Shown: in pieces, positions 13,901 through 23,915 of the stretch
Layout: each line of letters begins with the position of its first letter
Position numbering within the stretch: the first letter of the stretch is position 1
From: Phoronis australis
Taxonomy: Eukaryota; Animalia; Phoronida
Assembly (NCBI GenBank): GCA_002633005.1
Contig: NMRA01000850.1
Location: forward strand, 56,553-120,552
Length of the DNA: 64,000 bases
Direction of reading: 5' to 3'
Translations under genes and position numbers: made by a program
The notes under the pieces: model-generated
Databases searched by the model: none
What the model was told of the DNA's origin: nothing
What the model saw: the letters and a program-made list of their open reading frames with translations, nothing else

Positions 13901-16900
13901 CTAATGATGTAAAATACAGCTTGTTTGCATAATACACCTGAAATACGTTTTTTTTTTACCTAAACATCATTCAACAAAGAATGGACTCACCGGAGACAGC
14001 CCAAGAGTTGTTATCTCTGCGGCGAAGGATGTTAAAGTTGAGTCTCCGATGGGTTGCCAGCAGTCACTGGTACGGTGCGCGGCTTTAGACGCTCTGCGGC
14101 TGGGTTAAAGATCTTTTATAGGCCTAACTATCCCCAATTCCCGTACCAGGATGAATTTCAAAAAAAAAAATGTACAAAAACAATATAGTTGAATGATCTC
14201 TGTGAATGTGCACACAGACTGTATGAAAATAATAGATTATTCTGACAGCGTTGATCAAGCAGTATGAGACAATATACATGACAATGATCAGAGTATGTAC
14301 TTTCTATGACTTAATCAACAAATAAAATTAACTTTTTAATAAAAAAAAAACGAAATAACAGGGTTGGAGGTCTATTTAGGGTTGACTTGTCAAAGAACTA
14401 TCCAATGTTATGCAGTCAGTGTTGCTGATGTTACTACAGTTGTCACAGCTGCACATTTCGTACAGTTCGACCCAGCATTGCAGCACAAACTCAGTTTCCC
14501 AGCACACATGTTCTTTTTGCACTTGCAGCGTTCATCGTTTAGTACTGTCAATGGAGATGCGGTCATTGCCATACATTTTAACTGCAAAGCTTCACCGCCA
14601 ACTATGGTCAATTAGAGAGGGTACAGCACTGCACACTGATGATTGGCCCGCAGGCAATGAAGGGTCAAACACTAAGTCCTTGTTTGGAGGCGGGCAGGAT
14701 TTGGGCAAACGTTTGATTCAAAATATGTTATAATGGGCTGTGTTAATTAGAGTCAGCAAGTGAATTATTGAACACTAGCCTCAATTCATTTTCGTATCTC
14801 CTAGTCGGGCACAAACTACAACAGTGAGTAGCTTCAACAATATTTCTTAAGATTGCCTGTCCAAACAACTTCATGCACACCAGCTTTCTGAAGAACAGTT
14901 TCAAAGTCTTGCTTTAGTTTTGAAAGGCAAATGACATCTTGTGTTAGAAGCTTTGTTTCAATGAACTCCAAACAAAACTGTAGAAAAACATCTCTGAAAA
15001 CTGTGGATTCGTCACTCTTCACAATCGATGTGTTTCTATTTTTTATAGCATGATGATCTGTGGTACTTGGCTTCTAAGACACAAGGTCTTTATCTTTGAA
15101 TTTCACTTGCACATTCTTGACTGAGCTGTTGCTTGCGATACAAGTCCAACTGAAAAACACCCGAACTGTTAACACTAATTTAACATTCAACTATGAGTGA
15201 GTTGGCATGCAACTTTTTCAGACGGACTTATCAGGAGCTGATCCACCACCAGCCTAACAAATTTACATGCCGTCTGATCTGTAGCCTAAAAATGTTGATC
15301 GTCTGATAATTAGATTAGTTGATGCAACTGAAAATAAATCAGCTGACATACCAGTGCAGTGATTGAAATTTAATTTTTTAAAATCAGATGCTCAAACCAT
15401 AGTCAATCGATTTACACTTAAGGTAATCGACGTTTGACGAAATGGGCAGTGGCTTCTATCGTCCTCAAATTTCGACGGCGACGATGGCCACTTTAGCACT
15501 TTAATTTAATTATCATTACAGCTACCTAAGTAATTAACGTTTACAAAAAATTGAGAAGATGTTCCCATTTGGGCATGTTGTTTGCAACCGTCTACTCCAT
15601 TTAACCTTCTCAAAAATTTTTGACTTAAAGTGCTTTAAAATCACACCCTATAACGCCATAGGATTATCCCTTAGCGCAACCAGTGTCGATGTGGCAACTG
15701 AACAATGAAGTGTTCGAAAAACAGGATTGCAGGAGTATTTGTTTAAACTGGGAACAAATAAAAACATTAACGACCTCCTCAGAGGCATCTCTCTACGCGG
15801 TACTTCTAAACTTATAGGAACATAATTTGCCGAAAAGCATCCGGCATATGGAGTACCTATGGTATGATCATCGTCTCTACTGGGTCAGCGGTATTTTCTA
15901 AGGCCTAGGCAGCCAAGGGGCTGAACAAGTTAAAAAAAACAACTGGTGATAATACTGAAACACACATGGAAAACACCAAGATGTACTTTTCAAAAACACG
16001 TACCTGTTTTTGAAAGCTATACTTCTTTCTCTTTCTTGAAATATGGTCCATAATATACTTTTCCTGCTAACAAATGATGCACTCACGTTTCAGAATGTTA
16101 CTATCTTGTTCAGGTTAATAGGGTGTTTCAGATTTTGGAAGTAAAATTGATTTTTCTTGGGAAATCTTGGATAACATCTGTATCACCTTCAGCAATTACA
16201 GCTTTAGTACTACTGTTGGTGCCTTGAAACGTTGCTATGCCGTTATATGTCCTTTCAATTTTTTGGTCTGACACTTGGTCTTCTAGTCTACAGCACTCAG
16301 CAGTAATATAGTATACTGTGTAGGCTATACCAGGACATGCAGCTGTTTTCTGCACAAACGTTTGTGACACCTCTTCTTCTTGTTGATCTACTGATCTAAA
16401 GAGTTCCACAGTCCATCAGCTTTCATCAGGAAGCTTTCCTAAGCTTCTTTAGGCTCTGACATCACAATTTTGTGCTGCTTGATAAACCTTGAATTATACA
16501 GGCATCACACTCCATGGGAGCAGCCATATTGAAGTAACTAAGCACAATACAATCTGGCTCTCTGATTGGTCAGTTCAATAGAAAAGCGCCACCAAGTGGC
16601 AGGAATGTGCATCATATTTTGTGCAACAAAAACACCTTTTTTAAAAAAATGTGCAAGTGTACACGTGGGAACGTTTTGGAATTTGATCTACAGGTATATT
16701 ATCTAGCCACATAGAAAAACGTAGGTTGCACCCCCCCAAAGTACTCACAAGGATGAACGCTATGAGATCTGGCCCACCGACTATGTGTTACGCGTTATAT
16801 TTCAGGCTTCGTACAGTTTCAATGGTGCCACGGCAGGAACACTCTTAGGCTTGTTCATTTTAGGTGCATTTTTTCCTTGCGTCAACAGTTGGGTAAGTGG

Positions 16901-19900
16901 CAGACACTTCTTTACATTTCCAGCTACTGTACGAGTTTTAATTGAAAACAAAAATATGTATGTAAATTCCACCCACAACTCTTACGTCCGACAAACATTG
17001 CGTACTGCCTTCTAAATATATACCAACAGTTACTGACACTTTCTAACTATAATAAGTTTTATCTAATAGATGTATTTGAAATCATCAAGCATTGTTTAAC
17101 TATGGCAACGTAATATTTTACCTGGCCCTGGTACTAACTCGACGTAATTGATTAAGGTACAAATTAATAATAACTTAATCATTAACAATTATGTGTCGCA
17201 ACTGGGTGTCAATTCCCGATTTCCAACATATCATTGACATCCGTGAAAAAGGTGAAGAGTGTATCGTTGGCCATTTAGGGTAAGTGCCGTCCGTAATTTC
17301 CTGGTAATTTCCCAGAGGACAGCGGTGTGATACGTTTTTCATCCCTGTGTTTTACCAGCGTAATTACAATGAGAGATTAGATTGCAGATCATGTGAGCTC
17401 TGAAAAAGTTGTACGCTCCTTAGCAAACGCTAGTAATAGACGAGCGTAAATTACTTTGAATTCGTCTTTCACACTCGCAAATACGAGAGTAAAACAACGA
17501 GCGTAAACTAATAGCGGATAGGCCAACGATAGTAGTACGCTGTACACGCACGGTGGCTGTGGAGGAATTGAACTCTTGCGTAACGTTTGTCAATGATCAA
17601 TCCCGGGATCTGGGGATACCATGTACACGAAGTTGAATGAGGTTTAACAACTCATCGCCAGAGTGTTTTTTTGCAAAACCGTGACCAACATTCCTAAATT
17701 ATATTTAGAATAAGGTTCCCGACATTAATTGCAGGGTGTCGTGATTGGAGGAATTTTTGGCCTGGTTCTACCCTTGTGGATCAGCTTCGGTGCCTATTTC
17801 AGCCTTCCAAAGCACGTCACCTACCTGCCCACGGTCACAGAAAACTGTACAACGGATCTAGTCAACTCAACTCAACTTAGCTTGAACACTCCAGAAACAA
17901 CGCTCAGCTGGACGACGCTTAACGTCACATCGGCTGAGGATAATACTCAAATGTAATCTATTGTTATGTTTTGAGTCCTATCTTTTGTTCATCGCATATA
18001 TTTTTGGCCAAGTCCAACATTTTGCGTTCAGAAATATCCTTCTTTTCTTTTCACATTAAATGAATCTCATTAAGACATCAGGCACATTTTGTAATTTAAT
18101 TGCAATTGTTTTACTATCAATTCTGTCAAGCCAGTTCAAGGCCATTCCGCTCTGGCGACCATTTTGTTGCTGCACAATCAGACGGAGATAAGGCGTGAAA
18201 TTAGATTATGTTAGATTCTGCGTGTTTTGGAAAAAAGGATGCCGTTTTCTGAAAGCAGTTATAAAAAAAACATTTGATACATTCTCTGGTCTCAGCAAAA
18301 CGCGCAAGGGAGTGAAATGAAGTGGAAGGAAGCATTGTAGAATGAACACGTAAATTCGTGTGAAGTCCAATGTGAGACTTTAAGGATGCACTGGGAACTG
18401 ATGAGTTATCGCCGCCAGGTTGAATGCAAGGCATTTCGCCTTCGTAGCCGGTGGCACATGCATAGAGGAAAATCTTTGACTTCTTGAAAAGGTCCTTTTA
18501 CAATGTATGTGGTTAGATGTGGTGCATCTGAACTGTATTCGGTGATCAGTCGCCACTTTTTGAAAGCCTCGGTCTCCCATGTGTTCATCTTCAAACATTG
18601 ACGTATTGTTTTCCTTTTGCTTCCTAAAGTTGCACACGTTCTCTGATATATTACATATATGCTTCGACGTTTATATGTGTATCGATATCTAATTCCAGCA
18701 CTGGATTCAATAAGATCTATACCATCTCCTATCTGTGGCTTCCCTTTCTCGGAGCTTTATCTACCATCATCATCGGTTTATTGATAAGCGCGTGCACAGG
18801 TAGGTTCTGTTGAAAACGAGGCTATTGCAAACTGCATTTGAATAAATCGGGTATCATTTTGTCAGATGCATTTTGGCTATCAGTAAAGCGTTTCGCAAAG
18901 TACCCTTATCCTTATTACCTCTTCAGCTATATTCATTGTTTTCAATGCTAGTCAAAACAGAAAAAATCTAAAATACTTGTTTTACTATGAAGACATTGAA
19001 ATAATCTACAAAATATTTTTTCAGTTCTCTTTGATAAACTTAATTCATTGGGATATCCTCTTTTACTTCAGAAATCAAAACATTTATAAAATAACAAATA
19101 ATATCTCTTACACCAAGAAATTGTGGCGCAGAAAAAAAACTTACGAGAAAAATTTAAATTTTTTTAAAACACATCAGCGAAAACGTGACCCTTGCAGAAC
19201 GAAATTAAATTAACATGCCGGTAAATCGTGACCACCCATGAACACGTGACCACGAAAATGATGACATCATTCTCTTGAAGCAAGATGGCTAATATTTTTG
19301 TAGCGATCTGAGAGATCTGGTGCCTAGAATAGTCAATCATTCACAGTTCAACCGAGATTGGTTTGCATTTGTTGGCGAGACATTGCTCAACACTAAGTCG
19401 TCATGTAACTGTAACATTAGCATTTTTCGGGGTCACATGCTCCGGGATGGTCAAGTGCTTCTGAATGGTCACGTGCTCCTGGTATGGTTAAATTTTTGCT
19501 GACACGTGATTCGGTCCTAGTATGGTACCAACTATTCCTGATGAGTTGTTTATGCATGTATGACTACAGTAATACCTGGTTTACACTTAAGTGTAATTTG
19601 AAGTGCTATTACTGGTTTGGAACATTACTTTTATGGTCCTGCTGACTGAGAATGTTTTGAACTTTACTTCGATTCTAGCACAGAAAAAAGTGTTTTGATT
19701 TTTTACGTTTTGACTTTCTTTAACGATTGCTTATCGGTTCATCGTGCCATCTACAGGCAGACACAATGTCTTCTAGGGTGTTCGAACTAAGATATGACTT
19801 TCACAATAACGTGGAGTTACAAATTATCACGGAAGTAGTTCTCTAACACAATATGGAAGTCCATGACAATGTACCGATAACTATCTTTTATTGGACACAA

Positions 19901-21181
19901 AATTTTGATATAGACGAAAATATTTTGAAGACTTCAAATATGTGTACAGAAAATCCGAAAGTATCTAACAACTTTCGCTGTATTAAATATTCTTAATAAA
20001 ATGTCACTAGGCAAATTGTGAATTCTCTCGGCTCGAGTCTCTTCTGTTTTTTCAGGTTTCTCAAGAAAGGTCAATCCCGCTTATCTCATATCACTTTACG
20101 ACAAATTTTGTTGCTGTTTTCCACAAAGATGCAGGAGAAAATTCAACAGATGCTGTGAATATGAAAATGATTTCAAGAAGGTTGGTTTATTATAAGATAA
20201 AAAATCTCACTACCTCTCGAAAAGGGCATTAGTGTTTCTGATTGTCGTGAGCCGTCTCTCTCACAATGATTGCAGTAAAAATAACACTGTTTGCTTTTGT
20301 GCGCCCAGAAGCAAATGGTTCTGGCGTTTCATTTGATTTTAAGATTATTCTAGATCCGTTATTTGGCAAGAATCTCGCGAAGGAAGATACAGTGGGCTCA
20401 CGTGCTACGCCTAGCTGTAATACATGGCGATATCTCGAGAAACCTTGTTTTCGCGAGGTTCTTGCGTTTAAGGAACACACGCCTGGTTCAGACTTTTTCT
20501 AAATGACTATAGGGAGGGTATTCAGATAGTATCATATTGTTCTATGACGCTTCCATTTCATTAAAATCAGCACAGGTTACATCTCAGAAACGGATGATCG
20601 GATTCGTAGACACACATATCACGTTGTTTTTACATCTATGATCGGATTCGTATGAAACATTCATGCACAGGCTGTTAGGATTTAGAAAATATTGGTAACC
20701 AAATTTCTGAGGTTTCATCATGAAAAACATTGATATCAACCGAAGATTTGTTATACTATTGCTACCGTTGTTTTGCTACGACTGTATCTTTTTTCTTTTT
20801 CACTTAACTGTATAAAAAATACGTGGTCACGTGACTCAATAACTTGTATCAACCCAGAAAGTCAAATTCTACAGGTTTTGTATTTGCAAATTCTGTAGTT
20901 TAGTAGATATTTATTCAAGGTTTCATTGCATTCACATGGGGATTTAGGTGACTTCGCACTCTTTTATAAATCTATCATGGGCTTTGTACGTGGACGACTG
21001 GTAAACCGATAACCGGCTTAATTTTGGGCAAAATTATATGTGAAAACAATCTTGCACTATTTTGTTTCTCTAGGAACATGGTCCGTATGACGAAGAGACT
21101 CCTGGTGATGGTTGTGGTTACGTCATTAACAATTCGAACACTCGGGAGAGAGGACTGTATGCTTTAGTGGCAAGAAAATAA
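1599..21181 (+). CDS. SLC5A8-like: Sodium:solute symporter, SLC5A5/6/8/12 subgroup (sodium-coupled monocarboxylate transporter-like); 15 coding exons, 622 aa
   Basis: Fifteen exons of 339, 69, 52, 68, 81, 74, 141, 222, 113, 71, 87, 218, 101, 125 and 108 nt, all with GT-AG boundaries and compatible phases, total 1869 nt with no internal stop. Family motifs: YLMANR, SAYEYLELRF, GGMKAVIWTDVFQ, FDPTVRHT, NQxxVQR, CDP, PGFPGLF, LLGLFILG. The exact orthologue cannot be resolved. Confidence 0.95.
2042..2292. mobile_element. MITE family copy (left terminus CATGTGCTCACCCAG)
   Basis: Its interior aligns by eye with 6238-6432, which carries the complementary right end CTGGGTGCGCGCATG. Confidence 0.6.
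2293..2348. repeat. (TAC)n/(CCACTA)n microsatellite
   Basis: tactactaccactaccactaccactacc... is directly visible; it produces the spurious poly-T, LP and YH ORFs. Confidence 0.9.
2728..3164. mobile_element. PIF/Harbinger-type MITE
   Basis: TIR AGGCCCTTTCATA / TATGAAAGGCCCT (1 mismatch) flanked by a TTA target duplication (2725-2727 and 3165-3167). Confidence 0.7.
3575..3643 (+). CDS. SLC5A8-like: SLC5 coding exon 2
   Basis: tttag|YLELRFKSKAARLTGNVCSVLAS|gtaagt. Confidence 0.95.
4128..4217. repeat. 45-bp tandem duplication
   Basis: CTAGAAATTTAGGTTAAAACATACCTA(T/C)CAGATTGTTTCAAATTG occurs twice with one mismatch. Confidence 0.9.
4815..4866 (+). CDS. SLC5A8-like: SLC5 coding exon 3
   Basis: ttaag|VMYMGISLYAPSTALET+G|gtaatc, phase 1. 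Confidence 0.93.
6238..6432. mobile_element. Second copy of the MITE at 2042
   Basis: Shared core AAAAAGTGGGGGG..TCGAATTTTT..GTGCATTCGCCGA..CACTTCGCCA; ends in CTGGGTGCGCGCATG. Confidence 0.6.
7500..7567 (+). CDS. SLC5A8-like: SLC5 coding exon 4
   Basis: ttgcag|(V)TGFPAWATIIIVGSVVTFYTTL|gtaagt. Confidence 0.95.
8324..8404 (+). CDS. SLC5A8-like: SLC5 coding exon 5
   Basis: ttacag|GGMKAVIWTDVFQAVVMFAGTIAILIQ|gtaacc. Confidence 0.96.
9044..9117 (+). CDS. SLC5A8-like: SLC5 coding exon 6
   Basis: tcgcag|GCIKVGGIGRVWEINVNGGRIEFF+AA|gtaagg. Confidence 0.94.
9324..9579. mobile_element. Palindromic MITE
   Basis: Inverted ends GGCCCGTTCCAACAAAACTGACTTA / TAAGTCAGTTTCTTGGAACAGGC; a related partial copy ends near 37293. 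Confidence 0.6.
10293..10433 (+). CDS. SLC5A8-like: SLC5 coding exon 7
   Basis: aactag|(N)FNFDPTVRHTTWGL...YGVNQPSVQRFGALETRREAQ|gtaagt. Confidence 0.95.
10958..11179 (+). CDS. SLC5A8-like: SLC5 coding exon 8
   Basis: tttcag|(I)VVLLNIP...GCDPIANG...NQLVPYFV...PGFPGLFVAALFCGTL|gtaaat. Confidence 0.96.
12095..12207 (+). CDS. SLC5A8-like: SLC5 coding exon 9
   Basis: tttcag|(S)SLSSALSSIAANLWEDIFK...FTKGI|gtaggc. Confidence 0.94.
12761..12831 (+). CDS. SLC5A8-like: SLC5 coding exon 10
   Basis: ttgcag|(V)CLFGLAAIGMAFLASTFKGQVVQ|gtaatc. Confidence 0.94.
13416..16783 (-). mobile_element. Academ-type DNA transposon, internally deleted and decayed, in SLC5 intron 10
   Basis: Perfect 16-bp TIR TAGTCGGTGGGCCAGA, a shared subterminal motif TTGTGAGTACTTT, and a 3-bp TSD TGT (13413-13415 and 16784-16786). 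Minus-strand remnants: KDLVS.EAKYHR (near 15060-15100) and a C-terminal RCKCKKNMC...CCNAGSNCTKC cluster (14430-14540). Confidence 0.85.
16806..16892 (+). CDS. SLC5A8-like: SLC5 coding exon 11
   Basis: tttcag|ASYSFNGATAGTLLGLFILGAFFPCVNSW|gtaagt. Confidence 0.96.
17735..17952 (+). CDS. SLC5A8-like: SLC5 coding exon 12
   Basis: ttgcag|GVVIGGIFGLVLPLWISFGAY...LPTVTENCT...|gtaatc; the loop carries N-glycosylation sequons NCT, NST and NVT. Confidence 0.94.
18699..18799 (+). CDS. SLC5A8-like: SLC5 coding exon 13
   Basis: ttccag|(I)TGFNKIYTISYLWLPFLGALSTIIIGLLISACT|gtaggt. Confidence 0.95.
18949..19715. mobile_element. Old non-autonomous DNA transposon in intron 13
   Basis: Imperfect ~27-bp inverted ends AGTCAAAACAGAAAAAATCTAAAATACT / AGTGTTTTGATTTTTTACGTTTTGACT, plus internal inverted CACGTGACC repeats. 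Confidence 0.45.
20056..20180 (+). CDS. SLC5A8-like: SLC5 coding exon 14
   Basis: tttcag|(G)FSRKVNPAYLISLYDKFCCCFPQRCRRKFNRCCEYENDFKK|gttggt. Confidence 0.85.
21074..21181 (+). CDS. SLC5A8-like: SLC5 terminal coding exon 15
   Basis: tttgtttctctag|EHGPYDEETPGDGCGYVINNSNTRERGLYALVARK*. Strong acceptor and correct phase, but this tail is poorly conserved in the family. Confidence 0.65.
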   Translation, partial: EHGPYDEETPGDGCGYVINNSNTRERGLYALVARK

Positions 21182-21559
21182 AGGGCCGCTAGAGTCTCTG
21201 GCGCGTGAGGGCTCTGCTGTTAAACCTTCGGTTTGTTATTTCAAGCAACCCTACACAATGACAAAATTCGGAAAATTTAAGAACCTCACATCACAACCAG
21301 GTCGGATTCCGATGGAATTTCAAGATGCTCAGGTTTTTGTACTGTTCTCCAAATCGGTGTTAGGAATTGTTCTAAAAAATGTTTCACTTCTGTATAAAGT
21401 GACATCAAAATTGGAACTTCTATAACTTATAAAATGTAAAGGTGCACAAAATAAACTCTATTATGAAGCTAAGGCTACACTTTGGTATCCATGCTGAATA
21501 CTCATATCAAAAGAAGTCGGGCAAACCTTTCTTTTGTTGCTGTGATGGTACCTTTCTTT

Positions 21560-21825
21560 TTTCTAAAATTACTAAGTAGATATGTTCAAGAGACTCGATG
21601 GCAAGCTAATTAAATTCTCGACGCTTTCTTTTTCACAAAATGGACGTTTATCACGACGGAATTTCAATAGTTTGTTAAAGTGGAGCTAAATACAGGTTAC
21701 TCATACACCTGAACAATTTTGTTGACAAATATGGAACTTATCTCTTTAGAAAGGAGAAATTAGTAATCCTGATAAGTGTAGTGTATGTTATCGTAAACAT
21801 GAGACATTGGAACACATTTTTACAT
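21560..21825 (+). mobile_element. L1/Tx1-like LINE ORF2 3' remnant (zinc knuckle)
   Basis: 21771-21821 translates as DKCSVCYRKHETLEHIF, the CxxC..ETxxH knuckle. The left boundary is approximate. Confidence 0.55.
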
Positions 21826-21899
21826 TTCAAAAGATAACGGACTCTAGAAAATAACAATATTCATAACAAGAGACAATGAACACTTTTTGCATTGTTGGC

Positions 21900-23915
21900 A
21901 CGGTCAACATTCGAGAATGAAAAAACGGCCCAATTGGACTTGGGTCTAAGCCAAAGCGCAAGGGTGAAATGTTCGCGCAACACACAAAAGCATCCTCTCA
22001 GCGTTTTTTGTCAGCAGATCATCAAGGGGTGTCTTTGGTCATTGACCGGCGATCCAATGCAACTCGGGCGATGCTCGGTCAATCTCTTCCATGTGAGTTA
22101 CATTTGTCGAAAAGGGAATAGCCATCGCGTCCAAAAGACAAGAAGACGATGCTACTCCTACTTCGATAAGTCTGCCGATTATAGGCCAGACACCAGACAC
22201 TGTCCGCTGATGTCGGCTGACCAACTGAAGTTGTCTGGGTCATCTAAGATCATCGGGCTCCGGTGACGTGAGAAATAAAAAATTCGCCATCTTGAACTTG
22301 AAGCTGAGAAATGTCCCCCGCAATTTCCTTGGAGTTTTTAACGAGGCAGTATGTGAGGCCAACAAAAAGAGATACAATGTCTGCTAACAGCATGATGACT
22401 CTTGTCACACTACGTAAGAGGACACATCTGTCAATCAGTGATATTATGCGTTTGTTGGAATTTATGGTTACCACCACGTATTTTCAGTTCACCAAGAGGT
22501 TTGGCATGGCCATGGGTAGCCCTGTATCGTCCTGGTAGCCATTAGAGGCTAAGCCCAGACTATGGAAATACGATGTGGACGATATTTTGGAGATCATGCC
22601 TGATTAGATCAAGTGAACCAGGTAGACAAATCGGACCGTATGAAGTTCATCTACAAAGTGGGAACGGATGAAAAAATCCACTTTCCAGACCCATTAATTG
22701 TCAGAAAGCATGACGGATCGATTAAATTTCTAGTGTATCACAAAAGTCGTATACTGACAAGCACTTGAATTTCTATTTGGATCATTTGTTGCTTCAAAAG
22801 TTGGGTACTGAATGTACATTTTTAAGATGTGAAAATATTGTTTCTGATCTACCCGCTAAAGTTGCTAAACGACAGCACATTGAGAACCCTCTTACCGTTT
22901 GCGGTTATCCGAAGTGGTCTTTTCGAAAAGTAAATAGAAAAAGGTCCTTATAGAGACAACCCGGAATAGGACATGATCGGCATTGTGGTTTTACCATATG
23001 AAAAAGTTATCACTGAGCAGTGACAACGTGTACTGAAATCCTATAAGATATTGAGTGCCGCCAAACACATTAGGACGCTTAGAAATTTTCTTGTACATGC
23101 GAAAGACAAGGGTGATAACACCGGGGTGGCATACATGTATCAAAAACCGTGCGCCAATTGTGATAGCACCTATATCGGTAAAATTGGCAGGAAACTGGGG
23201 TCTCGCCTATCAGACATGCAGTAGGAGGAACGTCGTCACTCGCTATCAGGTTTGTGCATCTCTAGCCATTTATCACAACTCAGTGGCGGATTTAGATGGG
23301 GGCCAATTGTTGCTATGGCCAAATGGAATCTGGGAGATCTTTATAAGGGGGGCCATGGTCCCCCTAAAACTCTCCCAGATTCCATTTGGCAGTTCGGGGG
23401 TGCGAACGTCTCACGGGCAAAGTCCTGGCTGATACTCTGCCCTGCCCCCCTAACTAAAAATCCTGTATCCGCCCCTGCAACTCCGCCTTTACTGATACAC
23501 GAGATGGAGTTGAATCACCTTATTGGGGTTTGTGGGGCAATTGTAAAACACTGTCACACGATTGTAACAGAGCTACAATATGAATCCGGAAACCTTATCA
23601 CATTTAAAAGCAAAGTGCCTCCTGTAGGAACAGGGGCATCGGTCGGTATGCCTTGCCAGATATCTACGGTGTTGTAGAGTAGTCCTACACGAAGACGAGA
23701 CAACCAATAGATGTCCCCACAGCCTATAAAGATGACGTCACGCCTCCAACCCCCGCCATTATTTGATCACAGATTATAGACAACAGTTGGTAACTCCAAC
23801 ATTTCCTTGCGAAATATCCTAGAAGAGGCGCCACTCTCTAAACATTGCAAACCCAACTTCCGGTTAGTTTACTGTGACGGGAAAAATAATTTCGGCATTG
23901 AAACGCTGTTCAAGG
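21900..23915 (+). mobile_element. Decayed Penelope-like retroelement (RT plus GIY-YIG endonuclease)
   Basis: Frameshifted motifs in the expected order: LLEFMVTTTYFQF, FGMAMGSPVS (22503), VDDI (22576), CGYPKW, VVLPY, CANCDSTYIG. A degenerate hammerhead-like CTG.TGA...GAAAC lies near 23870-23910. Confidence 0.85.
23281..23477. mobile_element. hAT-like MITE with 5-bp TSD, copy 1 (nested in the Penelope remnant)
   Basis: TIR CAGTGGCGGAT / ATCCGCCCCTG; TSD CAACT. Confidence 0.85.
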
